Source: a virus (lineage: Duplodnaviria > Caudoviricetes). Taken from it: a DNA stretch of 35,489 nt. The notes under the pieces are model-generated. The model did no database searches and was not told the DNA's origin. It was given only the letters and a program-made list of their open reading frames with translations. The translations under genes and the position numbers were made by a program. Positions 25,526 through 34,740 of the stretch are shown in pieces (the stretch's first letter is position 1; each line of letters begins with the position of its first letter). The stretch is from positions 1 to 35,489 of the IMG/VR virus record IMGVR_UViG_3300020044_000658. One strand, written 5' to 3'.

Positions 25526-26488
25526 TTAAGAAGTGATCAAGTCAGCGGCCAAACCATGGGCATTTTCAGCCAACACTTTGTGACCCCACTCAACGATCAG
25601 CATACGCTTTTCAGCATCGCCAGTCTTGGCCAATTCAACTTGCTGGTAAGGGCGCAGCACAGTCATTTTGGCGTAGTCAGGATCGATCACCCATGCATCG
25701 CGCTCACGCTGGAATCTATTTGCGATGACCTGTACGTTCCCAAAATCTGAAACATAAATGTCAACGGCCCCGACCAATGTGGCAGGCTTTGCACCGCCAT
25801 CAATGTTGAAACGGCTGGAGGCAATACCAGTGAAAGATGACACGCGCTGTTTGTTAACAGGACCGCACATCAAAATCTTAGGTGTTCCACCAGCTGTCCA
25901 CACTTTCTGAATCACATTCTTGAGAATGGTTTCAGTAAATGTGCGCACTGTGCCATCTGTACGGGCGCTGTTTGGAAGCGTTGTGTAAGAGGGATCAGTA
26001 CCATCAGTTTGCTTGTCGGTGTTTGTTTTCACAAACGCGCCCAAAGAGGCTGATGCACGGGCAGTTGTCGTGTTACCAGCAGCGGCCACAGCACCATTCA
26101 ACATGGAAAACTCTTGGTCGCGTTTGATTTCAGAACCACGCTTTGCGATCTGATAAGCCAATTCACTGCGACGGCCAGCCTTGTTAACCACTTCTTCAGT
26201 AGCTGACAAGATGATTGTCTTGCGTGAAATCTGTGCATAGTTTTGCAAACGCACAGTAGCTGTCACAGCATCAAATGATGCAACATCATCACCCTCAAGC
26301 TGTGCATTTGCAGCAGCAGAGGCCAATGTGTCTGTTTGCCACTCAAACAAGCTGTTTGACACGTTTTCACGGCCAATATTGCTCATGTAAGGGGTTTCTT
26401 CGGGGGCAATATTTGTAATGATATTGCTCAAATCTTCACGAATACCCTTTGCAGAGTAGGTCGTGAATGTATTACTAACGATTGTCAT
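25526..26488 (-). CDS. Major capsid protein (DUF5309/SU10-like)
   Basis: GIREDLSNII.NIAPEETP, EWQTDTL, NYAQI, YVSDFG, LAKTGDAEK; follows the scaffold, precedes a terminator. Confidence 0.9.
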   Translation of the reverse strand: MTIVSNTFTTYSAKGIREDLSNIITNIAPEETPYMSNIGRENVSNSLFEWQTDTLASAAANAQLEGDDVASFDAVTATVRLQNYAQISRKTIILSATEEVVNKAGRRSELAYQIAKRGSEIKRDQEFSMLNGAVAAAGNTTTARASASLGAFVKTNTDKQTDGTDPSYTTLPNSARTDGTVRTFTETILKNVIQKVWTAGGTPKILMCGPVNKQRVSSFTGIASSRFNIDGGAKPATLVGAVDIYVSDFGNVQVIANRFQRERDAWVIDPDYAKMTVLRPYQQVELAKTGDAEKRMLIVEWGHKVLAENAHGLAADLITS

Positions 26489-26495
26489 GATTTTC

Positions 26496-27476
26496 TCACT
26501 TTAATAAAAGTTCAATTGCAGAAGTCGCATCATCAATGCGACCGGTTTTTGCAAGACGCTGCTTTGCTCGCATACCCTCAGTTGTTGTCGAAACCCGACC
26601 AGCTGCTCCAGGCTTGGCTGGTCGTGGGCCATTGTTCACCACGGGCTTAATGCCCTGGCGCTTACTTACCATCTGGTCAAACAGTGCCGCTTTGCGCAGC
26701 AGTAAAACCAGTCGGTGGTCGTAAACGCTCTTCAAGTCTTCATCGGTAAAGCCTGCCGCCTTCGCAGACTCAATCACCAGCGCCTTCTCGGCCTTTGCCT
26801 TCTTGGGGTCTTTCCAATCAGGCAGGGCTGCCAAGAGAGCTTCTTGCTGGCTGGCAAGTTGGGCTTCCATGGCACGCTGCTGGTCATACTGGGACACTTG
26901 ATAAAGTCGTTGCTGTTCGGACTGAATAGCAGCCATTTTTTCTTGTCTCTCCCGCATGACTTCCTTTTGCCTCACCCACTCGATAGGGTCCTCGTGATAG
27001 AGGCGCTCCAAATCGACTTGAGGCTCTGAAGACTGAAGTTGGGCTTGCAATGCTCCCAACAATTGAGCATATTGCTCACGCTCGGCTCGGACTGCGTAGG
27101 TTTCTTGCTCGGCCTGCTTTCGCACTTCGGCAATCTGCTGCGTTTTCCGAGTGTAGTCCTGAGTCCTGGAATAGCCCTTCTGGAGTTCGTCTAGCGTGAC
27201 AGAAACTTCCTTGCCGTCAACTTTGACAGTGAAAGTCTGCTGCTGTTCTTGCTCCTCTGGCTCTTCCTCTTCTCCTGACTGTTCCTCTGGGGTCTCTTCG
27301 TCTGGCGCGTCTTCCACACCAGACTCATCCTCCTCAGAAGCCGCTGTCTCGGTGTCCTCTTCGGACTCCTCGACTGGCTGCGTCTCGTCAAGTTCTGCTT
27401 GTCCCTTTTCGGGGGCTAACATTGCCGAGATAGCACTGGCCGCATCGGCCATATTCATTGCTTGTATTTCTGCCAT
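26496..27476 (-). CDS. Capsid scaffolding protein
   Basis: Acidic N-terminus, TVKVDGKEVSVTLDELQKGYSRTQDYTRKTQ, coiled coil. Confidence 0.88.
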   Translation of the reverse strand: MAEIQAMNMADAASAISAMLAPEKGQAELDETQPVEESEEDTETAASEEDESGVEDAPDEETPEEQSGEEEEPEEQEQQQTFTVKVDGKEVSVTLDELQKGYSRTQDYTRKTQQIAEVRKQAEQETYAVRAEREQYAQLLGALQAQLQSSEPQVDLERLYHEDPIEWVRQKEVMRERQEKMAAIQSEQQRLYQVSQYDQQRAMEAQLASQQEALLAALPDWKDPKKAKAEKALVIESAKAAGFTDEDLKSVYDHRLVLLLRKAALFDQMVSKRQGIKPVVNNGPRPAKPGAAGRVSTTTEGMRAKQRLAKTGRIDDATSAIELLLK

Positions 27477-27485
27477 AGTAATTTC

Positions 27486-27749
27486 TTAAATTAAGGTTTT
27501 CTGTGATTTGCTGATAGCGTTCTGTGCAATTTTCCCGTTGTCCATGATTTTGATCAACTCTTGCCGCAGGCCATCAATGGCCTGCAACATGCACCACGCT
27601 GTCTCGCGCCTCGCAGACTCTTCGGGTTTCGATGAACGAAATACCCAAAGTTGGTCGCCTTCTAATTTTGCAATCGCTGCATTAAGGGTTTCATCCTCCA
27701 GCAGCTGCTTGGCCTTTCGGCCTTTATTTACCTGGTCTTCGTTTGTCAC
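27486..27749 (-). CDS. Hypothetical protein between portal and scaffold
   Basis: 87 aa; tight operon packing. Confidence 0.7.
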   Translation of the reverse strand: MTNEDQVNKGRKAKQLLEDETLNAAIAKLEGDQLWVFRSSKPEESARRETAWCMLQAIDGLRQELIKIMDNGKIAQNAISKSQKTLI

Positions 27750-29963
27750 TTACTGTGCCATTCCTTGAAAGGTTGATGGGGGCATCATCTCAGGCACTGG
27801 TGGCTGCGGCTGGGACACAAACTGTGCCGCCTGCTGCTGGGCCAACAATGCCTGCTGACGCATTGCTTCACGATCAATATTCTGGGCCGCATCAATTTCG
27901 GCTGTACTGATCTGTGATTTGTACTTTAACTCAATTTCATACTTTTTGAGATACAAATCTTGGGCCATCTTGTCGCGGGTCAGATCGTCATCCATGATCA
28001 TCTGCTGGCGCTTTAGCTCCAGCTCTGCCGCTTTTTTCTGGATATCGGCCTTGATCGACTCGGCCTGCACCTGGGCCAGCACCTCTTCGGGGCTTGGCTT
28101 TTGTTGTGGTGCGGGTGGCACATAGTCGGCAGGGATATTCTGAAAAAAGCTGGTTGAATCTTTGAAACCAGATAACTCTACGATTTTGCGTAGGGTATTA
28201 CTAAACTGCTGTGGCGTGACCAATGGATTCGTTGGGCCAAGCTGCTGCAAGATTTGCTCTTGCTTGGACATGATCATCATCAGCGCTTGCAGTTTCTCGT
28301 TGGTGTCGCCATTGCCCAGGGCAATATTGATGTTCGCATCCATGCTGGTGTCCCAGAATCTTGGATCGATCTGCACCCACTCGTTGCGCATTCGCACCAT
28401 TCGGGCTTTGTCCTGGTGCGTTGTGGCCAAGAACAAAATGCCTTTGAATAGCTTTTTCATGCCTTCAGCCAAGATTCGGGCTGTCAGTTCAATTCGACCT
28501 TGGCTGGCATTGATCGTTGCGTTGACAGCTGCTTTGGTGCTTGACTGCAATGCATCAGCATTCAGACCCATGGCGGCCTTGCTCATGCCAGTGCGATCTT
28601 CTTTGATCTGGTCCATGTATTCCATCATCGGAAATGCGGCCTGACCCACAAATGGGGTTGTCAGGGGTTGGACCATACCAGGCGCTCTCATGCGAATGAT
28701 CGCGCCTGTCTCGTTGTTCAATACATCATCGATGTTGACTTGGCCTTCGACCACCGCTGTGCGCGGGTGAATGCTCTGGGCCAGACTGTCCAATGTGTTG
28801 CGGAGTATTTCCGATTTGATTTCTTGCAAGTCGCGGGTAATGTCAAAAATCGACATCGCCTCAAGTGGGCTTGTGTGTGGTTCTGGGTCACATGGAAAGT
28901 CAGCAAAGGGGATGTAGCTGGCAGGCAGATTCCTGACAACCTTATAGCCGCCACCCATGCAGCAGACCTTGCGCAGCTCTGCAATGCCGTCACCATCATA
29001 GTCAACGCGGGAATATGCCTCGATGTAAAGCACTCTGCGCATCATCGGGTTGGCAGCGTCATTTGTGCCAAATGTGGTGGACAGTGGCTGGCGCGCCAAA
29101 TACTCATCATTGCTATCCAAGTCTGTCGTTGACATATTCTCTTCAATTTCATCCTGGTCATAGCCCATGGCCAATAAATCAGCCATGGTGGCCATTTGCC
29201 GGTGGGCAATGATGGTCGAATCGTCAAACGATCTGGCGCGTCTGTCCAGTAGCAATTCCTCTGGTGGCACGGCCATGATCCTGATCCGGCCATCCTTTGT
29301 GATGCGCTTGATCTGCACATCATGGATCATCGGTGCAGGCATCACCATGGGTTGACCAGTCATGGGGTCTACAGTTGTGAGCTGCGCTTCATCAATGGCA
29401 GGGTCTGGGTAGGATGTGATGATCTTGACCTCACCACCAGGCTCTTGCATCAGCATTTCTAAGGTCTGGTCATCGAGGCCGGTGTACTCTTCAATTCGGA
29501 CCTTCTCTTCGTCTTCCCACCAGAATTTGGCAATGCCGCATTTACGCACCAGTGCATCTTTGAAGATGGCATAACTGGTCAAAAACCCATTGTTGTCATT
29601 CTGGAAAACATAGTTTGCATAGTCGGTCGCCTGCTGGGCCATCTTCACATCTTCTGGGCCACGGGGTGCAAATTCCACCACATTCTCAGAATTAAAGAAA
29701 ACGCGCATCAGGCTTGGCAGCATGGCCGAGACAGTGTCTCGCACTTCCATGGCCACCACCTTGCTGTTGCCTTCGACCTCATTGCCGAATAAATCCCCGC
29801 GATAGTATTCAGTCCCCTTGGCGCGTGTGGGTGACAGATCACTGTCAACATAGCTCACCGCATCGGTCAGGTCTTGCGTGATGATGCTTTGCAGTTCTGC
29901 ATCATCCATTGGCTCGGTGGCTGCAATGTCGGTGGATAAATTTTCGGTGATATTTTCAATCAT
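27750..29963 (-). CDS. Portal protein (P22-like, with C-terminal barrel)
   Basis: 737 aa; PRGPED...AQQATDYANY, KDALVRKCGI, Q-rich coiled C-terminus; position after TerL. Confidence 0.9.
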   Translation of the reverse strand: MIENITENLSTDIAATEPMDDAELQSIITQDLTDAVSYVDSDLSPTRAKGTEYYRGDLFGNEVEGNSKVVAMEVRDTVSAMLPSLMRVFFNSENVVEFAPRGPEDVKMAQQATDYANYVFQNDNNGFLTSYAIFKDALVRKCGIAKFWWEDEEKVRIEEYTGLDDQTLEMLMQEPGGEVKIITSYPDPAIDEAQLTTVDPMTGQPMVMPAPMIHDVQIKRITKDGRIRIMAVPPEELLLDRRARSFDDSTIIAHRQMATMADLLAMGYDQDEIEENMSTTDLDSNDEYLARQPLSTTFGTNDAANPMMRRVLYIEAYSRVDYDGDGIAELRKVCCMGGGYKVVRNLPASYIPFADFPCDPEPHTSPLEAMSIFDITRDLQEIKSEILRNTLDSLAQSIHPRTAVVEGQVNIDDVLNNETGAIIRMRAPGMVQPLTTPFVGQAAFPMMEYMDQIKEDRTGMSKAAMGLNADALQSSTKAAVNATINASQGRIELTARILAEGMKKLFKGILFLATTHQDKARMVRMRNEWVQIDPRFWDTSMDANINIALGNGDTNEKLQALMMIMSKQEQILQQLGPTNPLVTPQQFSNTLRKIVELSGFKDSTSFFQNIPADYVPPAPQQKPSPEEVLAQVQAESIKADIQKKAAELELKRQQMIMDDDLTRDKMAQDLYLKKYEIELKYKSQISTAEIDAAQNIDREAMRQQALLAQQQAAQFVSQPQPPVPEMMPPSTFQGMAQ

Positions 29964-30493
29964 GGCTTAACCTTTGTAAGAACCACATACATGGAGTCCA
30001 CAGCCCTTGGGGTGCGAACAATTTGATCTTCTGGCAATTCTAGTGCTTCCCCGAGCTTTGAGAGCCTCATTTCCAGTGTTGTCAACTCAAACCGATCTGG
30101 CCAGCCCAAGTACCAGTGCCACTCGGTGTAATACTTCCAAGAATTCTCGTTGAATGCCCTGACATGGGTCGGGTCTTGCCAAGCGCCAAGACTCAAGTCA
30201 TAAGGCACATTGATCCGCATCTGGCCACCTACCATCAGCAATTCTTTGCAGTTGGTCATGGCATCGACCAGATTGGGAATGTGTTCTAGCACATCATTGG
30301 CCAAAATCACCTCAAACATACCAGGCACAACTTCCAGCTGCCCAAAACGGGTTTGCAGGGTATCGCCCCATTTGACTTTGCTGATATCGACCAGCCAGTC
30401 AGGATTCTTGCTGGCCTGAATATCTGCATTGAGATACTCAGCGTTCCAGTCCTTGCCAGACCCAAGATTAAGAATCAAACCAGGCACTCGCAT
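29960..30493 (-). CDS. Class I SAM-dependent methyltransferase (type 11-like)
   Basis: LNLGSG motif I, ANDVLEH, DPTHVR; start taken as the ATG at 30493. Confidence 0.8.
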   Translation of the reverse strand: MRVPGLILNLGSGKDWNAEYLNADIQASKNPDWLVDISKVKWGDTLQTRFGQLEVVPGMFEVILANDVLEHIPNLVDAMTNCKELLMVGGQMRINVPYDLSLGAWQDPTHVRAFNENSWKYYTEWHWYLGWPDRFELTTLEMRLSKLGEALELPEDQIVRTPRAVDSMYVVLTKVKP

Positions 30494-31163
30494 ATTCTGG
30501 CCTGTTCTCTCTGAGCCATGGCAGCGCATCCTCATGGAGCTTCTGCGCATTAAAGCCAATCGTGTTTGAGCCAATATGGTGGACATAGCTTGCACTTACA
30601 TAATGGCCATAGCCTTTTTGGATTAAATCCATACAATGCACATCATCGCTGTACCAGTTTAAGGGGGGAAACTTTGCCTCTTCAAATGCATCACTTGATA
30701 TCCATGCAAAAATTGGGCTGACCTCTTGGACCAATTTAATGTGGGCCTCAGACGGGAATTTGTAAAAGTTCAACTTTTCCGGCTGGTCAGTGATCCGCAC
30801 ATTTTGACAAGGTCGGGCCGCGTCACACCTTGCCGCCACCCACCCAGCTTTGTAGCTGTTCATGGTCCTGACAATGGCCACATCCTCCATCAGCACCTTC
30901 ACGCTGGTGGGAGTCAGCACAATGTCGTCATTGGCCACAATGCATGATGACCAGTCTTTGAGCGCTGCCTCAATCACCTCGTTGTAGTCCTCGCCAAAGC
31001 TCCTCGGCTGGCCATAGATTTTGAAGTCTGCTTGAAAATTCTCTAGCACCGACTCTGGGCCGCGCAAGTAGACCGGACACTCTGGCGCGTATTGCTTGAT
31101 GGATTCGAGCAATACGGCCAGGCCATGACCCTTGACAGTGGCAATGACAATCGGACAGATCAT
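30468..31163 (-). CDS. GT2-like glycosyltransferase
   Basis: PIVIAT, FGEDYN, VANDDIVL (NDD), WYSDD, YVHHIGS.T. Confidence 0.75.
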   Translation of the reverse strand: MICPIVIATVKGHGLAVLLESIKQYAPECPVYLRGPESVLENFQADFKIYGQPRSFGEDYNEVIEAALKDWSSCIVANDDIVLTPTSVKVLMEDVAIVRTMNSYKAGWVAARCDAARPCQNVRITDQPEKLNFYKFPSEAHIKLVQEVSPIFAWISSDAFEEAKFPPLNWYSDDVHCMDLIQKGYGHYVSASYVHHIGSNTIGFNAQKLHEDALPWLRENRPEYASAWFDS

Positions 31164-31456
31164 TTCTTGGCCTTATTCCTGGCACTGATCGCAGCCGCCT
31201 TCGCCTTGGCATCAGCCTTGGAGCTTGCGCCCCATGCCTTCAGACTCAGCAGCAGCCGTGTCGGCTCACCGCCCTTCATCTCAGGACCAGGCATATTGCC
31301 CATGCGCGCCAAGAAGCTCGCGCGCCTTGGGTTGTCGCCAGCCTTGACTGGCGCTTTAAGGTCCATACCCTGCGCCTTCGCACTGGCACGGCCTTTGGCA
31401 TTGAGACCGCCAGACGGGCTTTTGCCCTCTTTGCGCTGCCAGGCTGGGGTCTTCAT
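31160..31456 (-). CDS. Small basic phage protein
   Basis: AWQRKEGK.PSGGLNAKGRAS...RRASFLARM. Confidence 0.75.
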   Translation of the reverse strand: MKTPAWQRKEGKSPSGGLNAKGRASAKAQGMDLKAPVKAGDNPRRASFLARMGNMPGPEMKGGEPTRLLLSLKAWGASSKADAKAKAAAISARNKAKK

Positions 31457-31605
31457 TTCTTTTTTACTGGCTTGGCGGTTTTAGCCGCTGCTTTAAAGTC
31501 AGCAGCGCTTGGAGCGCCCTTTGCCCCAGGCTTACGCATTTTCTCTTTGCTTCCAGCAGCAATTCTTTCGCGTTTTCGATGAATATTTTCATACAAACCT
31601 TTCAT
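31453..31605 (-). CDS. Small Lys-rich protein (50 aa, not in the ORF track)
   Basis: MKGLYENIHRKRERIAAGSKEKMRKPGAKGAPSAADFKAAAKTAKPVKKK; ATGA overlaps on both sides. Confidence 0.75.
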   Translation of the reverse strand: MKGLYENIHRKRERIAAGSKEKMRKPGAKGAPSAADFKAAAKTAKPVKKK

Positions 31606-32075
31606 TCCTCTTCTCCCTCTTCATAGTCCTCTTCACCCTCTTGCTCACCCGTATTGGGACCACCCACCACCCATGCATCGCACGTTCTGGAGGCTGCACA
31701 CTTGAAGTCAAAGATTTCGCAATAACCCAGATCGGCCAACTTGATTGTTCCCCATGGGTCTGCTTCCATGCCAATGCCTTGGGCAATGCACTCTTTGATG
31801 TTGTCAGACACATTGAATGCTGCGCAGTTACCGCATAGGCTTTGCTTTGCGTCATCCATGCTGACATCCCATTGGTCGGCCTTCTTGCGCCAAAAAGCCT
31901 CGTTTGGCAGCTTGGGATTCTCAGGACCATAGGCCGCGCTGGTGATTGCCTTGGCGCGGTTCTTTAGGTTGAGCGTAATGTCTTGCGTGGGCATGGGGCA
32001 GTTCTCGCCACCCTCCATGTCCTCGCCCTCTTCTCGGTCCATGACCTGATCCATCGTGCGTTTTAAAGTAGCCAT
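31602..32075 (-). CDS. Cys-rich protein with HiPIP-like motif
   Basis: CGNC...GYCEIFDFKCAASRTCDAW; acidic termini. Confidence 0.7.
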   Translation of the reverse strand: MATLKRTMDQVMDREEGEDMEGGENCPMPTQDITLNLKNRAKAITSAAYGPENPKLPNEAFWRKKADQWDVSMDDAKQSLCGNCAAFNVSDNIKECIAQGIGMEADPWGTIKLADLGYCEIFDFKCAASRTCDAWVVGGPNTGEQEGEEDYEEGEEE

Positions 32076-32263
32076 TATTTTTTCGCCTTGTTTTTTGCCG
32101 TGCGCTGACCGCGCATGGGCATCTTTGCCTCAGACATTGCAATGGCAATGGCCTGCTTGGGATTCTTGACCACTGGGCCACCCTTGCCGCTGTGCAGCTT
32201 GCCAGAGCCAAACTCTTTCATCACAGAGCCAACCTTCTTTTGCGCTTTACTCATTGCCTTCAT
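32075..32263 (-). CDS. Small basic protein (DUF6496-like)
   Basis: KKVGSVMKEFGSGKLHSGKGGPVVKNPKQAIAIAMSEA. Confidence 0.75.
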   Translation of the reverse strand: MKAMSKAQKKVGSVMKEFGSGKLHSGKGGPVVKNPKQAIAIAMSEAKMPMRGQRTAKNKAKK

Positions 32264-32295
32264 AGGTTTCCCCCATTGGTTTGTCAATACCCGAA

Positions 32296-33702
32296 TTATG
32301 CAACCCGCGACAAGTTTCTGCGCAGGGGCTGAGACCATTTGCTTGAGCCAGTGCTGCCGTACATCCCCGCCATTGCATCAGACGCAAATGTCAGGACAAA
32401 GGCATCGGCCTTGTCGGGACTTGGCAGGCCGCGTCTCTTGATCTCGTCTTTCCCCTCGATGGCGATCTTGCCGTTGCTGGTGAATGAGTACCGCACTGTG
32501 GCCAGCTCGGCAATCAAGACCTCATCCTTTGGCATCTTGCAGTCTCTGGCCTCAAGCCAAGCCCGTGCCTTGTACCAAAGTTCTGCTTTCAGATTTCTGT
32601 AAGTCCCGCCCATCGCGGGTGATTCACTCACATTGATCCCACGCGCTGGTAGGCCCAGCTCTCTGAGCCGGTCCACCACCCCAGCGCCTAATCCAATCGA
32701 GTCGACCAGTATTTCCTTTGGCTGCTGGCTGGGTGGCAGCGCCTGGTACTCGGCCACCACCGCACCAGTCAATTGCATCAGGTCCAGATTTTTCCATGTC
32801 CTGATCGCCTCAGTCACCGCATTCCCTTGGCGCTTGCACAGTGCTGACCGGTCACTACCAAACCGCGCCACATCCAAGCCCCAGAGCATGGGCGCATAGT
32901 CACTTGGCGCCACATCCCGATTGACCGCGCTTTCCAACAAATCCATGGCAATGACAGTGTCGTCATCGCCCTTGGGAAACTCCCCGATCACCCTGATCCG
33001 GTAGACGTTACTCTCCTCGCCATAGCGCATGGCCATCTCTTTGACGTACTCATCACTCACCCTTGGCGAGTCAGTGCAGGCCACTTGAAACGTGGTCCAC
33101 TCATCTGCCAGGCGCGTGTGAGTGTCGTAGAAAAACCCACTAGACCTCACCGGATTGCCCAATAACAGCGTCACCGCGTTATGCCCAGACATCGAGCCAG
33201 CCGCGGCCTCGAACACTTGCTCCGGCACACCAGAAGCCTCATCGGCCACCAGCATTACATTCTCTGAGTGAATCCCCTGCAAAGCCTCCGGCTGCTCTGC
33301 TCTTGATGTCCTGGCACTTATAAACATCTCAGTCGGTGCAGCATTGAATTCAATCCTCTCTTGCTTGACAGTCAGCAATCCCTGCAAAGGCAGTGGCATC
33401 GCATTGATCCACCTCTTCAGCTCGGCAAACATCGCGTCATACAGCTGAGAGCTTGTCGGTGCAGTCACCACCACCTTGACGGGCGATCTGGTCATAAAGT
33501 ACCAGAGCATGGCCCAGCTGCTTGCCGTACTTTTTCCCACCCCGTGGCCACTCCTAACACTTATCTTCCGATCACCCCTAGCAATGGCCCCAAGAAACTT
33601 CACTTGCCATGGGTCAGGGTCAACCCCTAAAACCTCCCGCACAAACAGCACAGGGTCCGGCTGATACCTCTCCACCCACTGACTGAAAACATTTTCTTTC
33701 AT
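32296..33702 (-). CDS. terL: Terminase large subunit
   Basis: VRSGHGVGKS Walker A, VADEASG Walker B, GNP coupling motif, GLDVARFGSD nuclease, SPDKADA. Confidence 0.95.
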   Translation of the reverse strand: MKENVFSQWVERYQPDPVLFVREVLGVDPDPWQVKFLGAIARGDRKISVRSGHGVGKSTASSWAMLWYFMTRSPVKVVVTAPTSSQLYDAMFAELKRWINAMPLPLQGLLTVKQERIEFNAAPTEMFISARTSRAEQPEALQGIHSENVMLVADEASGVPEQVFEAAAGSMSGHNAVTLLLGNPVRSSGFFYDTHTRLADEWTTFQVACTDSPRVSDEYVKEMAMRYGEESNVYRIRVIGEFPKGDDDTVIAMDLLESAVNRDVAPSDYAPMLWGLDVARFGSDRSALCKRQGNAVTEAIRTWKNLDLMQLTGAVVAEYQALPPSQQPKEILVDSIGLGAGVVDRLRELGLPARGINVSESPAMGGTYRNLKAELWYKARAWLEARDCKMPKDEVLIAELATVRYSFTSNGKIAIEGKDEIKRRGLPSPDKADAFVLTFASDAMAGMYGSTGSSKWSQPLRRNLSRVA

Positions 33703-33902
33703 GGGTGGATCGTCTCATAGATGGCCCAAGCCTTGGGACTCATCGCCCACTTATGCGCCTCCAGCTCATCAGTCCGCACCAGTATCAGCAAGTGATACGT
33801 CATCGCCAGGTCAAACCGATCCTCTTCAATCGCCTCCATCATGCGAATTTTTAGGTCCAGAAGTAGTACCGACAAGTGCAGCGCTGTCAATAAATCAGTC
33901 AT
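33699..33902 (-). CDS. Hypothetical protein
   Basis: ATGA overlap with terL. Confidence 0.55.
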   Translation of the reverse strand: MTDLLTALHLSVLLLDLKIRMMEAIEEDRFDLAMTYHLLILVRTDELEAHKWAMSPKAWAIYETIHP

Positions 33903-34099
33903 TTATCCATCCTCGCTTGCTTTAAGTTCTGGCCTGTGATCCTGTCGGTCCAGCATGATGCACACAGCCACCTCGTCGCACTCATCTCCACCCCACCCTC
34001 TGGCGGCTTTTTCAAAGCGCATTTATTACAAAGCTGTAATTTGTGGCCATGCACGTTCCCATTCAATCTCACATGGTTATTTACAAAATTACTTTTCAC
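33899..34099 (-). CDS. Small zinc-finger-like protein
   Basis: CNKC...WLCASCW. Confidence 0.65.
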   Translation of the reverse strand: MKSNFVNNHVRLNGNVHGHKLQLCNKCALKKPPEGGVEMSATRWLCASCWTDRITGQNLKQARMDK

Positions 34100-34257
34100 T
34101 GTATTTTCTGCACTTTATTATCAGGGTGAATTAACCACTTATCACCCAATATTCTTAATGCCTTAATATATTGCAATTGATTATGTCTGTTAGTGCTAGT
34201 AGGCACATAATCGACACAGAATAACTTCCTGACTTTAGTTAATAACGTGATATTCAT
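34096..34257 (-). CDS. Small hypothetical protein (53 aa, not in the ORF track)
   Basis: MNITLLTKVRKLFCVDYVPTSTNRHNQLQYIKALRILGDKWLIHP...; ATGA/GTGA overlaps. Confidence 0.65.
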   Translation of the reverse strand: MNITLLTKVRKLFCVDYVPTSTNRHNQLQYIKALRILGDKWLIHPDNKVQKIQ

Positions 34258-34418
34258 ATTATCCCCACGATCTGGTTAATGTCCACCCAAGTGTGCCAGA
34301 CAATTGTCCCATCCAAGCTCATTAGCTTGCAGAACACTTTCTTGTCTTGAGCCTCATCAGTGTCTAACACAATCCACTCCTGGTCTTTGATGACCACTGT
34401 CGCCTGCTTCGTTTTCAT
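34254..34418 (-). CDS. Small hypothetical protein
   Basis: GGAG RBS, ATG at 34418. Confidence 0.6.
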   Translation of the reverse strand: MKTKQATVVIKDQEWIVLDTDEAQDKKVFCKLMSLDGTIVWHTWVDINQIVGII

Positions 34419-34449
34419 AGGTTTGCTCCGTTGTTTGTGGAGTTGACAT

Positions 34450-34740
34450 TTTTGCACAATTTGCGTTAGTTGTTAGTTTTTTAAAAATTTTTTTTGTAGG
34501 TGTTTAGTGCCGCCACAGTCGCCCCCGCCAAGCCGGCCAGGGGGGGGTCGCGGCCACCGACCGCCAGCCGGCCACCGCTGGGTTATCCACGGATTTTGGC
34601 CAACCTTATCCACAGATTCCTGTGCATAACTAGGCTTGTAATACTTTGATGCACTTAATTCTGTGGATATCTACTTATCCACTTAACATAATGGTCGTTG
34701 TATAAAGTGACTGAATGCTTCGGTATTCGTTTATGCAGAA
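34450..34740. promoter_or_regulatory. Non-coding element after terS: A/T tract, GC-rich G8 segment and DnaA-box cluster
   Basis: Boxes at 34450-58, 34583-91, 34606-14 (perfect), 34621-29, 34662-70, 34675-83; G8 at 34540-47; A/T run at about 34470-34497. Confidence 0.65.

Noticed and set aside
30494-30595. N-terminal extension of the SAM methyltransferase given in the ORF track
   Set aside because: It overlaps deeply with the glycosyltransferase 3' end; motif I begins right after the ATG at 30493.
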